Assembly: GCA_963698715.1 (NCBI GenBank)
Contig: CAVORW010000007.1
Coordinates: 69,190 to 133,189 of the forward strand
Source: an uncultured Chloroflexia bacterium
GTDB lineage: Bacteria > Chloroflexota > Anaerolineae > Anaerolineales > UBA4823
Reading direction: 5' to 3'
Length of the DNA: 64,000 nucleotides
Below the pieces are notes generated by a model. That model was not told the origin of the DNA and ran no database searches. It saw only the letters and a list, made by a program, of their open reading frames with translations. Of this stretch, positions 48,634-57,964 are shown one piece after another. Position numbers and translations under genes: made by a program. Every line of letters starts with the position of its first letter. Position 1 is the stretch's first letter.

Positions 48634-49605
48634 TTACCTTGCGACCCGCGCTGAGCGTTGTTTGATCAGCGCTAACAGGGACAGGAACTCGAAAACAAGA
48701 TTGGCCGCCAGGATTGCAGTGATATCGCTGTGGTCGTAAGGAGGCGCGACTTCCACCAGATCGAATCCAACCAGATTCAAGCCATCCAACCCTCGTACCA
48801 GTTGAAGCATATCGTAGCTCGTAAAACCACCAACTTCCGGTGTGCCGGTACCTGGCGCGTAGGCTGGATCAAGCGAATCGATATCCAATGAGACGTAAAC
48901 CGGTCGTTCGCCCATGAGGGTATGGATCGATTCCACAGCTGCCGGAATACCCATTTCAAACACCTGCCCAATCGTCAGGATGTGAGCGCCCAATTGGCGC
49001 GTCTTTTTCAGGTCATCTGCTCCGCTGATTGGGCCGCGAATCCCGATCTGGATATAAGCTTGCCGATCAATTAAGTCAGTTTCAATCGCCCGGCGAAAGG
49101 GTGTCCCGTGGCTGTAAGCCTGACCGGGATACTCACTATCCCAGGTGTCGGGATGGGAATCGAAATGCACCACAGCCAGCGGGCCGTACTTCCCGGCATA
49201 AGCACGCAGCAGAGGATAAGAAATTGTATGGTCACCACCCAGGGTAATCGCAGTTGCACCCGCTTTCAAAATTGAGCCCACTTCGTCGGTGATCGCATCA
49301 AGCGTTTGCTCAATGCTCACCGGCACCACATCGACATCGCCGTAATCGATCAGGTTGAGCACTTCGGTAGGAGTAACTCCCATAACCGCATTATGCCCCC
49401 AGATCGCCAGGGAGGCCTCGCGAATCTTTCGGGGACCAAATCGAGCCCCGCTGCGGTAGCTGGTGCCGCTGTCGAAGGGTACGCCTACAATGGCTGCGTC
49501 TACGCCTTCGAATATACGGCTGGGTGCGGTGCGCATAAATGTTGCGATGCCGGCGAACGGCTGCTGGTGAGCGCCAATCGCCGGATTGCGGTCCACTTCA
49601 CTCAT
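48634..49605 (-). CDS. speB: Agmatinase/ureohydrolase
   Basis: GARFGP, GGDH, FDSHPD, SHGTPF, SLDIDSLDP..APGTGTPE. Confidence 0.88.
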   Translation of the reverse strand: MSEVDRNPAIGAHQQPFAGIATFMRTAPSRIFEGVDAAIVGVPFDSGTSYRSGARFGPRKIREASLAIWGHNAVMGVTPTEVLNLIDYGDVDVVPVSIEQTLDAITDEVGSILKAGATAITLGGDHTISYPLLRAYAGKYGPLAVVHFDSHPDTWDSEYPGQAYSHGTPFRRAIETDLIDRQAYIQIGIRGPISGADDLKKTRQLGAHILTIGQVFEMGIPAAVESIHTLMGERPVYVSLDIDSLDPAYAPGTGTPEVGGFTSYDMLQLVRGLDGLNLVGFDLVEVAPPYDHSDITAILAANLVFEFLSLLALIKQRSARVAR

Positions 49606-49641
49606 TCCACCTCCTGATGCAAGCCTTACAAGCGCCCTCAA

Positions 49642-50598
49642 CTAGGATATTTCTTCGTCTGGCCTGTCCTTAGGATTCGCTTTAACGCTCAAAGGAATGT
49701 CATCCCACGATGACGGATCATTTAACGACTCCAGATGGGTGAAAACAACCACATTTTGCAGAGACTCTGAAATATCTGCTTCAATCTTTTCAAGGAGCTG
49801 ATGCCCGCGGTGGACACTCCATTCTCCCGGAACCAGCACGTGCAAGGAGATGAATTTTATGGCACCAGACTGGCGGGTTCGTAAAGCATGATACTCAACT
49901 CCTGCCTGGCGATGGATATCCAGGACCTTCCGAATGATATCCTGCTCTTCAGCTGGCAGGGCAACATCCATCAATCCTGAGATTGAGCTGCGCAGGATGC
50001 CAAGGCCAGACCAGACAATATTGACAGCGACGAGCAAAGCGATCATCGGGTCCAGGAGCTGCCAGCCAGTCAGGGCTACCAGGCTGACCCCAACCAAAAC
50101 ACCGCCCGATGTCCACACATCGGTCATCAAATGCCGGGAGTTGGCCTGCAAACTGATCGAGTTATAGCGCTTGCCAGCTCGCATCAGGATCATTGCAACG
50201 CCCAGATTTGCCAGTGAGGCGATGATCGATACCCCCAGTCCGAGGCCGATCTGTTCGAGTGGTCTGGGGGTGATGATCCTATCGATCGCTGCAATCCCAA
50301 TGCTGAGAGCGGCAAGCAAGATCAAGGTGCCTTCGACTCCGCTGGCGAAATACTCGGCTTTGCTGTGGCCGTAGGCGTGACTCTCATCCGCCGGCCGGGC
50401 TGCAACGGTGAGCATCGCCAGCGCCATCAAAGCCCCAGCCAGATTGACGAACGACTCCAGGGCATCCGACAGCAGGCCAACTGAGTCGGTTAAAAGGTAC
50501 GCGCCCGTTTTAAGAGCAATTGTGAGCAGCGCTACCGATATCGAGAGCCAGGCATAGCGGGTCAGGAAAGAACGGTCAGTATGGGTTTGGTTTGACAA
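49642..50598 (-). CDS. Cation diffusion facilitator (FieF-like)
   Basis: SDALES, HAYGHSKAEY, HLMTD, C-terminal H.LRTR..H.E. Confidence 0.92.
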   Translation of the reverse strand: MSNQTHTDRSFLTRYAWLSISVALLTIALKTGAYLLTDSVGLLSDALESFVNLAGALMALAMLTVAARPADESHAYGHSKAEYFASGVEGTLILLAALSIGIAAIDRIITPRPLEQIGLGLGVSIIASLANLGVAMILMRAGKRYNSISLQANSRHLMTDVWTSGGVLVGVSLVALTGWQLLDPMIALLVAVNIVWSGLGILRSSISGLMDVALPAEEQDIIRKVLDIHRQAGVEYHALRTRQSGAIKFISLHVLVPGEWSVHRGHQLLEKIEADISESLQNVVVFTHLESLNDPSSWDDIPLSVKANPKDRPDEEIS

Positions 50599-50666
50599 AG
50601 GAAAACTCCTTAGATTTTCCAGAGTGCCTCAGAGAGTGAGCTGTTGTTGCCAGAATTATAGTTTAA

Positions 50667-50695
50667 AAAAAGACCAGTGATGTTCTGGTCTTTTT
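50667..50695. terminator. Bidirectional terminator-like hairpin at the islet edge
   Basis: AAAAAGACCAG-tgatgtt-CTGGTCTTTTT. Confidence 0.55.
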
Positions 50696-50872
50696 CCTCA
50701 GCTGGAATCATTGTGACCCACCCCATGATTCCTGAATTGAATGAATACCCCATAGCGCCACTTATCGAACGATCTCAACTGGAAATCGAGCTATATCTAG
50801 CTATGCTGCGGTTTGAGAATCGCAGTAAGTTGGAAGAATTGCCCGGTGTTCTGCAGTGAGGTCGACAAATCA

Positions 50873-51073
50873 AATTGTTTTAATAATTGCATATCTGTAA
50901 AAGGAGCTGCATTCCACAGGGGCTAAAACGTGCAATACCTGCGTCGCTTGCTTAGAGATGGCAGGTTGACTGGCATGAAACTGGGTCAAACCTGGCTGAT
51001 TGACAAAAGCACTTTCGAAGCTAACCTGGAGAAAGCAAAACATACCCAAAACAAGCGTTTTGGGCCCAAGTAG
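50873..51073 (+). pseudogene. Excisionase-like HTH_17 pseudogene
   Basis: Reads ISVKGAAFHRG*NVQYLRRLLRDGRLTGMKLGQTWLIDKSTFEANLEKAKHTQNKRFGPK with an in-frame TAA at 50924-50926 and no clear start. Confidence 0.65.
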
Positions 51074-51243
51074 TTTTTTGTCTGGAGATGTTTACGAATG
51101 TAAACACCCAAGATTACTTCAGAGAGAATGGCACCGCTGTTCTCCATTTATGAGTTGTGCTAGAATAATGAGGACAAATTTAGCTTTAATTATCCCAGTA
51201 CAATTACATTTTCTCAGAGTATCTATCAAATTATACGAAAATA

Positions 51244-52490
51244 GGTAGCACAACATCTAACCGTGATTACTGACACCACTGTTGGATCAACCGCAAGGTC
51301 GCTTGGGACCGGCGGCCCCGCTGGTTGGGGGGTTCCCAGGGCAGGGGTGGAACTTTGAAGGCGAACAGTTCCGCCAGGGTCCAGATATGATCGGTCAAAT
51401 CTGCCGCAATCGCCGGGGTACGCTGAACCCAACGATGACCGAAGCGGCCGACGGAGAGGCGCAAACGTAGGCTCTTATGAGGATCACAGAAGTTATACAG
51501 ACAGCCGACGATATACATTCCGGCGACCAGGGTCTCTGCTTTGCGGGCCAGAGTGCGTGTGCGGCGGGTCAGGCTGGCAAGCCGCTGGCGGAAGGTGGCG
51601 TTGAGGCGCTCGATAAAGGCGGTATTGATCCCGCCCGTTCCTTGGGAAACCTGGATCAGACGCCGGATCATTGCCTGACTGCCTTGAACGATGCGCCGAT
51701 CGATGTGCAAATGATTGGCACAGCGCTGCTTGAGCACCTGGACGATGGCGATGTTGGGCCAGGCGATGAGTTGCGGGCGTCCTTTTTTACCCCTGCGGCG
51801 GGGCACAGCCGTGCGAAAAGCCGCTTGGAAAGCGGTCACGTAACTCGCCAAACCATCGACGGCCAACAACAAGGGGCGGCACAAGGCGATCTGGCGCACC
51901 TGCTGCGCCAAGGATTGGATCAAGACCAGATCTCGCCTGGCGCTTACCGCACCGCCCAACCACAGCCGGGTGGAGACCATCAGCGCCAGGGCCATCCAGA
52001 AAGTTCCCTTTTGGGTCTTGACTTTGATCTCATCGGCCTGCACCTGCTGCAAATCCAGGTGGGCGCTGCCCACGGTGTGTTCATGCACGGCCTGACAGTG
52101 CTGACCGGCCCGCTGCCAGCAGTTCCGCACCGTGCGCTCATCAAAGCCAAACGCCTTGACTATCGCCTGAACGGGACAGCCGTAGGCCAAGAGCGCCATC
52201 ACCAGCAGCACCGTCTCGGCACTTGTCCGCAGCCGGTAAAATATCGTACCTTTGCTGGCGCTAAAGGTTTGTTCGCATACTTCACAGACGTAACGCTTTT
52301 CCTTCTGACTATGCACCTGAATGTTGCCTTTTCCGCTCTGACCTCTTGCCGGACACTCAATATTCGGGCAAAATATAGCTTGTGGGTTCACTGGGTTCTC
52401 TCCTGGTTGCTTGGTCGCTTCCAAGAGTGTGCCAGTGAACCCCGCTTTTATCAAGTCCTTTCTTCAATCACGCTTTAGTGGAGTGCTACC
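51244..52490 (-). mobile_element. IS1-family insertion sequence, 1247 bp
   Basis: 25-bp imperfect IRs (19/25): GGTAGCACAACATCTAACCGTGATT and GGTAGCACTCCACTAAAGCGTGATT. 8-bp TSD CGAAAATA at 51236-51243 and 52491-52498. Confidence 0.9.
51267..52391 (-). CDS. IS1-family DDE transposase (single ORF)
   Basis: Zn ribbon CPNIEC..CEVCEQTF, HTH, QADE, VDG...Y, NTAFIERLNATFR, YNF. Confidence 0.88.
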   Translation of the reverse strand: MNPQAIFCPNIECPARGQSGKGNIQVHSQKEKRYVCEVCEQTFSASKGTIFYRLRTSAETVLLVMALLAYGCPVQAIVKAFGFDERTVRNCWQRAGQHCQAVHEHTVGSAHLDLQQVQADEIKVKTQKGTFWMALALMVSTRLWLGGAVSARRDLVLIQSLAQQVRQIALCRPLLLAVDGLASYVTAFQAAFRTAVPRRRGKKGRPQLIAWPNIAIVQVLKQRCANHLHIDRRIVQGSQAMIRRLIQVSQGTGGINTAFIERLNATFRQRLASLTRRTRTLARKAETLVAGMYIVGCLYNFCDPHKSLRLRLSVGRFGHRWVQRTPAIAADLTDHIWTLAELFAFKVPPLPWEPPNQRGRRSQATLRLIQQWCQ

Positions 52491-52508
52491 CGAAAATAAG
52501 GTTTCTCA

Positions 52509-55166
52509 ATGGAAAGCGATATACTGCTAACGAAATTGTTTGTTCCCCCAATTCGACCGAACCTTGTCCCACGCCCTCAACTAGTTAAACAATTGAATCA
52601 GAAATTGAATCTCGGCAGCAAAATTACTCTACTCTCTGCCCCAGCGGGATTTGGAAAAACCTCTCTGGTTTCGATCTGGCTGCAAGATTCTGATTTTCAG
52701 ATTGCCTGGTTATCTCTGGATAAAGATGATAATGATCAGGCACGGTTTATAGCTTACCTCGTTGCTGCTCTGCAAAAAGCAGATGGAGAGATTGGTAAAT
52801 CAGTCCATCTGATGCTTGGCTCTTCACTAAAGCCGGGGATGGAGATGCTCATTAGTGCGCTGATAAATGATATTTCTAATCAGGGGGACCAATCACAAAT
52901 TGTACTTGTTCTTGACGATTATCATCTTATCGAAGACCAATCGATCCACAAAGCTCTCACTTTCTTAATCGAACACCAACCTCCCCAACTCCATATCATC
53001 CTTATCTCACGGGATGATCCACCATTGCATTTGTCGCTGCTGCGTGGAAGGGGAGAAATGACTGAGATACGGTTAGCAGACTTACGCTTTACAAAACAAG
53101 AAACATCTACATTACTGAACGACATTATGGGGTTAAATCTGGATGCTTCTCAAATTGAGATTCTCGAAACCAGAACTGAGGGGTGGATCTCGGGGCTGCA
53201 ATTGGCTGCCCTTTCCATGCAAGGACGATCCGACGTGGTTGGTTTTGTGAGATCATTTGCCGGTAGCAATCGCTACATTTTGGATTATTTGATCGAGGAA
53301 GTTTTTCAACAGCAGCCTGTGGAAATTCAAGAATTTCTGCTCAAAACATCCATTCTCGATCAACTAATAGCACCTCTTTGCGATGCCCTTTTCTTGAACG
53401 AGGGGCAATCAGCGCCAAATCTCAACTCACAGGATATCCTGGAGCAATTGGAACGAGCCAATCTTTTTATCATCCCGTTGGACGAATCGCGGCAATGGTT
53501 TCGTTATCACCACTTGTTTGCCGACTTACTTCGCCATCTCCTGCGATTGAAAAAATCAGATTTGTCTGAACTCCATCGCAAAGCTGGAGATTGGCTTGCG
53601 GAGCATGGTCTCATTAGCAAAGCAATTGAACATTATCTTATTGCCACTGATTGGGATCACGCAACGAAACTTATCTTTGAAGAAAGCGACATGCTTTTAA
53701 AACGGGGAGAAAACGCAACCCTGGTACGGTGGGTCAGCCTCTTGCCTGAAGGGTCCGTGCAGGCCAACCCAGCGCTGTGTTTAAACTGTGCCTGGGCACT
53801 AGCACTTAGTGGTCAAGAAGATGAGGCAGAGTCGTTTTTACAAATCATAGAAGCACCCGCAAAAGACAACCCGGCTTTGTACGGAAACTTGCTGACTGCA
53901 CAGATGCACATTGCGCGCGCTCGGCATGACCATGAGCGCACGATCGATCTATCCCGGCAGGCTCTTTCTATGATCCCGGACAGTGAGAACGAAGTGCGAG
54001 GTGTGCTCAATCTGAATTTGGGATTAGCTTACTGGCAAAGCGGTCAGACAATTGAAGCGCAGGAAGCCTTAGGAGAAGCTCGTTACAGAGCTAATCAGGC
54101 ACACAATCATCACGCTGAATTATTGGCTTCTGGGCTTCTAGGAACCATTCAAGTTGCGTTGGGAAACTTGTACAATGCTGCTGAACTATTGCAAAAAACT
54201 CTTATATCGGGTGCATCTTATCCGGCAAGTGCACTTGCACAAATGGAATTGGGAATGATCTATTATGAATGGAACCAGTTGGAGAAAGCCAGTCAATTTT
54301 TGCAAAAGGCCATCTTGCTTGCGGAACGCAGCGGAAACAACGAAGTTTATGGAAACGCGTATCGAAATTTGGCCATATTGATGCAGGCCAAAGGAGAGAA
54401 CAGCGAAGCACTGGCTGCGCTTGAAAAAGCTGTGAATATCGCTGGTGAAACGGCTCCGCCGCTGACCAAGGGTCGAAACGCAGCAGCTTATGTGAAGGTT
54501 TTTCTGGCTCAGGGGAATCTCGATGACGCACGGCGAGTTGCTCAGGAGATGTTTCCAGGTGCCGCTTCATTTTTCTATCCATTACTGCACCTCGCACCTG
54601 CTCGCATTTCCCTGGCAGAAGGTAACAAAGCCGCCGCTGCGGTTCATCTTGAAACGCAATACAAAAAAGCTGCTGAAGCAAGGTGGCGTTATGGGCAGAT
54701 CGAAGTCCTACTCTTACAGGCTTTGGCTGCCCCCACTTCCGATGAGGCGGTTACCCTTCTAGGCGATGCATTGGTCATGGCACAATCAGAAGGTTTTTTA
54801 CGGATATTTTTAGACAAGGGGGATGGACTGATTCCCTTATTGCATCTGGCTTCCAGTCGGAACATCGCATCGGACTACGCCCGAAAGTTGCTGACCGCTT
54901 TCGGAGCAGTAACCATGCCCGAGCAGAGTCGGAAACGGGCTAATGCTCAAGAACAAGACGAACTCGTCGAAGCATTGAGCGAGCGTGAGCTGAGTGTGTT
55001 GCGGTTGCTGTCCGAAGGAAAGACAAATCAGGAAATTGCCAAGGGAATATTCGTTTCTGTGAACACGATCAAAAGTCATCTAAAAAATATCTTCGGCAAG
55101 CTCGGTGTCAACAACCGCCGGGAAGCCGTCGTCCAGGCGCGCATCCGCAACCTGCTGCCCGACTAG
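52509..55166 (+). CDS. MalT-like LuxR/STAND transcriptional regulator
   Basis: TKL..P, APAGFGKT, LDDYH, TEGW, FRYHHLF, TPR region, LSERE..VL...SVNTIKSH. Confidence 0.92.
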   Translation: MESDILLTKLFVPPIRPNLVPRPQLVKQLNQKLNLGSKITLLSAPAGFGKTSLVSIWLQDSDFQIAWLSLDKDDNDQARFIAYLVAALQKADGEIGKSVHLMLGSSLKPGMEMLISALINDISNQGDQSQIVLVLDDYHLIEDQSIHKALTFLIEHQPPQLHIILISRDDPPLHLSLLRGRGEMTEIRLADLRFTKQETSTLLNDIMGLNLDASQIEILETRTEGWISGLQLAALSMQGRSDVVGFVRSFAGSNRYILDYLIEEVFQQQPVEIQEFLLKTSILDQLIAPLCDALFLNEGQSAPNLNSQDILEQLERANLFIIPLDESRQWFRYHHLFADLLRHLLRLKKSDLSELHRKAGDWLAEHGLISKAIEHYLIATDWDHATKLIFEESDMLLKRGENATLVRWVSLLPEGSVQANPALCLNCAWALALSGQEDEAESFLQIIEAPAKDNPALYGNLLTAQMHIARARHDHERTIDLSRQALSMIPDSENEVRGVLNLNLGLAYWQSGQTIEAQEALGEARYRANQAHNHHAELLASGLLGTIQVALGNLYNAAELLQKTLISGASYPASALAQMELGMIYYEWNQLEKASQFLQKAILLAERSGNNEVYGNAYRNLAILMQAKGENSEALAALEKAVNIAGETAPPLTKGRNAAAYVKVFLAQGNLDDARRVAQEMFPGAASFFYPLLHLAPARISLAEGNKAAAAVHLETQYKKAAEARWRYGQIEVLLLQALAAPTSDEAVTLLGDALVMAQSEGFLRIFLDKGDGLIPLLHLASSRNIASDYARKLLTAFGAVTMPEQSRKRANAQEQDELVEALSERELSVLRLLSEGKTNQEIAKGIFVSVNTIKSHLKNIFGKLGVNNRREAVVQARIRNLLPD

Positions 55167-55273
55167 TGTTCTGTCAATCATCTTTCGAGGACATGTAAAT
55201 AAGTGACAGAACACTTTAAGCAGTGTCAACTGGCATTCATCAACCTATCAAGGCAGGTTTGACACTGCACTAG
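55163..55273. repeat. Two tandem short inverted-repeat units (MITE-like)
   Basis: AGTGTTCTGTCA (55165-76) with TGACAGAACACT (55204-15); GCAGTGTCAA (55220-29) with TTGACACTGC (55259-68); CTAG at both outer ends. Confidence 0.5.
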
Positions 55274-55400
55274 GTAGTGTTGACATTTTAGAAATTTTCT
55301 TGACTGTGTTGCAAAAAGTGAACAATCCGTTTCTAGAGATAAATCACCAAACCTCAGCAGGGCATAATCCCCAATAGACCTTCAATCCAAATCACCCACC

Positions 55401-55421
55401 AACCACCCATCATGGGTGGTT
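55401..55421. promoter_or_regulatory. Perfect palindrome, candidate operator for the MalT-like regulator
   Basis: AACCACCCAT-C-ATGGGTGGTT, with an extra ATCACCCA half-site just upstream. Confidence 0.5.
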
Positions 55422-55503
55422 ACTTTACGTTGTCCCCCCAGTAAGATTAGAGCGTAAACAAAAGCAGGCAGTAATTGCTCAATAGAATTTGGAATTGAAA
55501 AAT

Positions 55504-55707
55504 ATGCAAAAAGTTGAAATTAGAGTAGAAGGATTGCTTGATCCCCATTGGTCTGAATGGCTGGAGAAGCTAGAAGTCTTCAATGAGGACAACGACCAGA
55601 CCCTGCTCACAGGTCAGATTATGGATCAGGCAACCTTATATGGGATTTTGAAAAAGTTAAGAGACTTGGGATTGAAGCTCATCCTAGTCAAGGTTGCTGA
55701 TATTTGA
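55504..55707 (+). CDS. Small conserved protein that often follows MalT-like regulators
   Basis: EIRVEG.LD..WS.W, T.LTG...DQA.L.G.L..LRDLGL.L pattern. Confidence 0.75.
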   Translation: MQKVEIRVEGLLDPHWSEWLEKLEVFNEDNDQTLLTGQIMDQATLYGILKKLRDLGLKLILVKVADI

Positions 55708-55838
55708 ATTTTATCAGCTGGTGCACAAATCAGCAGAAAAAGGAGAAGTCTTTGAGGTCATAAATACTTTTACAGGATACATAATTCAGTAAGATAAACT
55801 ATTAACTTTAATTATAAAGAAAGGATGAAATTAATATC

Positions 55839-56645
55839 ATGAAAACAAAAAATAATGTGCTCGTATTTGTACTTATAGCGTACGGTTTTTCCTGGTTGTT
55901 CTGGGTTCCCGAGGCATTAATTGCACAGAATATTTGGGCTCCACCTGAAGGGGTAAAAAATATTCTCGCGCTCAACCTGGGGGGATGGGGTCCGCTTGTT
56001 GGGGCGATTGTGACCACATTCATTTACCAGAAAGGTGTAGGGGTAAAAGAACTGCTTAAACGCGGCTTCATGGTGCGTCTTGGCAAATGGTGGTGGGTGG
56101 TTCTACTGGCCTTCCCTGTATTGATCGGCGGCGCACTGGCACTGTCCATCTTGCTTGGCAATCCTGCTCCTGAATTCGCAGCACTAGCTGAACCTATTGC
56201 ATTGCCGATTGCGTTGGTTGTTATTTTCTTCACTATGGGTCCCTTGCAGGAGGAATTCGGCTGGCGCGGGTACGCTTTTGAGCATCTGAGAAATAAATAT
56301 AGTGCCTTGAATGCAGCAATTCTTGCAGGATTAATGTGGGGTCTTTGGCATTTACCCTTATTCTTTGTCCCGCGATCAGAGCAATACTATAACCGTCCCT
56401 TGTGGGGACTTTTGCTCACAACAACGCTAGTTGGCATTATTCTGGCATGGTTCTACGCGAACACAAAAGGGAGTATTTTTGCCGCAATGGTAGGGCATAC
56501 CATGTTCAATTGGTCCAATTGGGTGTTTCCCGCCCTGGAATCAGATTCTGCTGCTTTGATTTTGTTTGGACTTTACTTCCTGGCTGTTGGGTATATTATC
56601 TGGCAGTATGGCAGAAAAACCTTAACTAAGGCGCAAGCCATCTAA
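55839..56645 (+). CDS. CPBP/Abi (CAAX-like) intramembrane metalloprotease
   Basis: EEFGWRGY, WGLWHLP, H..FN. Confidence 0.9.
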   Translation: MKTKNNVLVFVLIAYGFSWLFWVPEALIAQNIWAPPEGVKNILALNLGGWGPLVGAIVTTFIYQKGVGVKELLKRGFMVRLGKWWWVVLLAFPVLIGGALALSILLGNPAPEFAALAEPIALPIALVVIFFTMGPLQEEFGWRGYAFEHLRNKYSALNAAILAGLMWGLWHLPLFFVPRSEQYYNRPLWGLLLTTTLVGIILAWFYANTKGSIFAAMVGHTMFNWSNWVFPALESDSAALILFGLYFLAVGYIIWQYGRKTLTKAQAI

Positions 56646-56676
56646 CTTTGGTCTAATATTGAAGCGAATATAAACA

Positions 56677-56707
56677 AAAACCGCTCAAGGTTGACCTTGA
56701 GCGGCTT
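56677..56707. terminator. Terminator between the convergent CPBP gene and tRNA-Arg
   Basis: CCGCTCAAGG-ttga-CCTTGAGCGG with a flanking A run. Confidence 0.7.
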
Positions 56708-56710
56708 CAG

Positions 56711-56782
56711 TACCCCCACCGCGACTCGAACGCGGGCTTCTGCCTCCGGAGGGCAGCGCTCTATCCACTGAGCTATGGGGGC
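56711..56782 (-). tRNA. tRNA-Arg (CCG); CCA not encoded
   Basis: GCCCCCATAGCTCAGTGGATAGAGCGCTGCCCTCCGGAGGCAGAAGCCCGCGTTCGAGTCGCGGTGGGGGTA folds as a cloverleaf. Confidence 0.95.
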
Positions 56783-56847
56783 TTTAAGTGCGCCTGGATT
56801 TTACCACGACTGGGGCAGGTTGAAAAGCGCAATCCATCCGGCGTGTT

Positions 56848-57834
56848 TTAGCGAACATACGCCCCGAGTTGAGAGATCTCTCCCCGCAGACGTTCGATCA
56901 TGGCAGTGTTTCCGCCTTCTTCACCCAGTGTAGCTCGCTGCTGCTTCTTATGGGCAAGCTCAGCGCAAGCCTGGTAAAAACGATTGGTCTGGCGGTAATG
57001 CCCGCCGGTCAGGGCGCTGATCTTTGCGCTGTTCATCGCCAGCGCTGAACTGGCGGTTCGGTATTGAGTCTCAGTCAATACTCCCAGAGACACTTCTTCC
57101 TGTAAGTTCACAGCGATTGAACGCTGCTCCCGGTAGATCATCCAGACGATGAATAAGAACATCAAAAACCAACCACCCCAATCCAGGAATGTACCAAAGA
57201 CCAGCCCGCTAAACCCTTGCAGCACACCAGCCAGTGTATTGTGGAATGAATGAGCGATTACGGCTGCAGACCACCCAAGCACTGGTGAAAGTACACGCAC
57301 CCCCAGGCTGCGGCTCAAGCGTGAAGCAGCCAGGCCAAGGCCAATAAAGGCAGTGTAGAAGGGATGCTGCCAACCCACCAGTACTACTCGCACAAACACC
57401 AGCCAGAGCAGACCGCTGATACCATCCTCCAGATACCCAAACTGGTAAATATAATATGCATTTTCAGTCGCGGCAAATCCCAGCGCGACGATTGCTGCAT
57501 AAATCACCCCGTCCAGCCAGGAATCAAATTCACGGCGAAACAGGAAATATACGATCACAACAGCAAAGCCCTTTAGGCTTTCCTCAACAATGGGTGCAAT
57601 CAGGGAACCGGTAGTTAATTCAGTCGCGCCTTCTGATCCGGTAAACAGGAACACTCCTAAACCAAGCAGAGTGTTGATCAGAAACGCGCCTCCGGCAGCG
57701 ACAATAGCCCCCCAGAAAAACACCACTCCGAGTAATATCTTCGGTTCTTTTTCGTAACGGTCCAGCCAGTACACAAACCAGGCGAAAAAGAACATCGGCA
57801 CAAAGCCAAAAAATAGCGACAGAAACAGACCCAT
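56848..57834 (-). CDS. prsW: PrsW family intramembrane protease
   Basis: DRYEKEP, EESLK, GFAATEN, H..YT, HSFHN. Confidence 0.88.
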   Translation of the reverse strand: MGLFLSLFFGFVPMFFFAWFVYWLDRYEKEPKILLGVVFFWGAIVAAGGAFLINTLLGLGVFLFTGSEGATELTTGSLIAPIVEESLKGFAVVIVYFLFRREFDSWLDGVIYAAIVALGFAATENAYYIYQFGYLEDGISGLLWLVFVRVVLVGWQHPFYTAFIGLGLAASRLSRSLGVRVLSPVLGWSAAVIAHSFHNTLAGVLQGFSGLVFGTFLDWGGWFLMFLFIVWMIYREQRSIAVNLQEEVSLGVLTETQYRTASSALAMNSAKISALTGGHYRQTNRFYQACAELAHKKQQRATLGEEGGNTAMIERLRGEISQLGAYVR

Positions 57835-57863
57835 TTGCCCTCCTGATAAGTCTGTAGATAAGG

Positions 57864-57915
57864 GTTGTGGTTAGCGAGTTCTCGGATCTATGCCCAAGTA
57901 CATGCTAACCACAAC
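57864..57915. repeat. REP-like palindrome
   Basis: GTTGTGGTTAGC ... GCTAACCACAAC, 12-bp IR. Confidence 0.6.
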
Positions 57916-57964
57916 GACAACAATTCGGTGTCCCAGATTTCAATGGTTTATACAGCCCGGGTGG

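Noticed and set aside
50713..50731. GTGACCCACCCCATGATTC as an att duplicate of the tRNA-Arg 3' end
   Set aside because: Only a loose, gapped resemblance to GTACCCCCACCGCGACTC; too weak to call.
50677..50859. 60-aa ORF at the islet edge
   Set aside because: Starts inside a terminator hairpin and has no recognisable family; may be a remnant.
51477..52478. 333-aa plus-strand ORF inside the IS
   Set aside because: Antisense shadow of the transposase.
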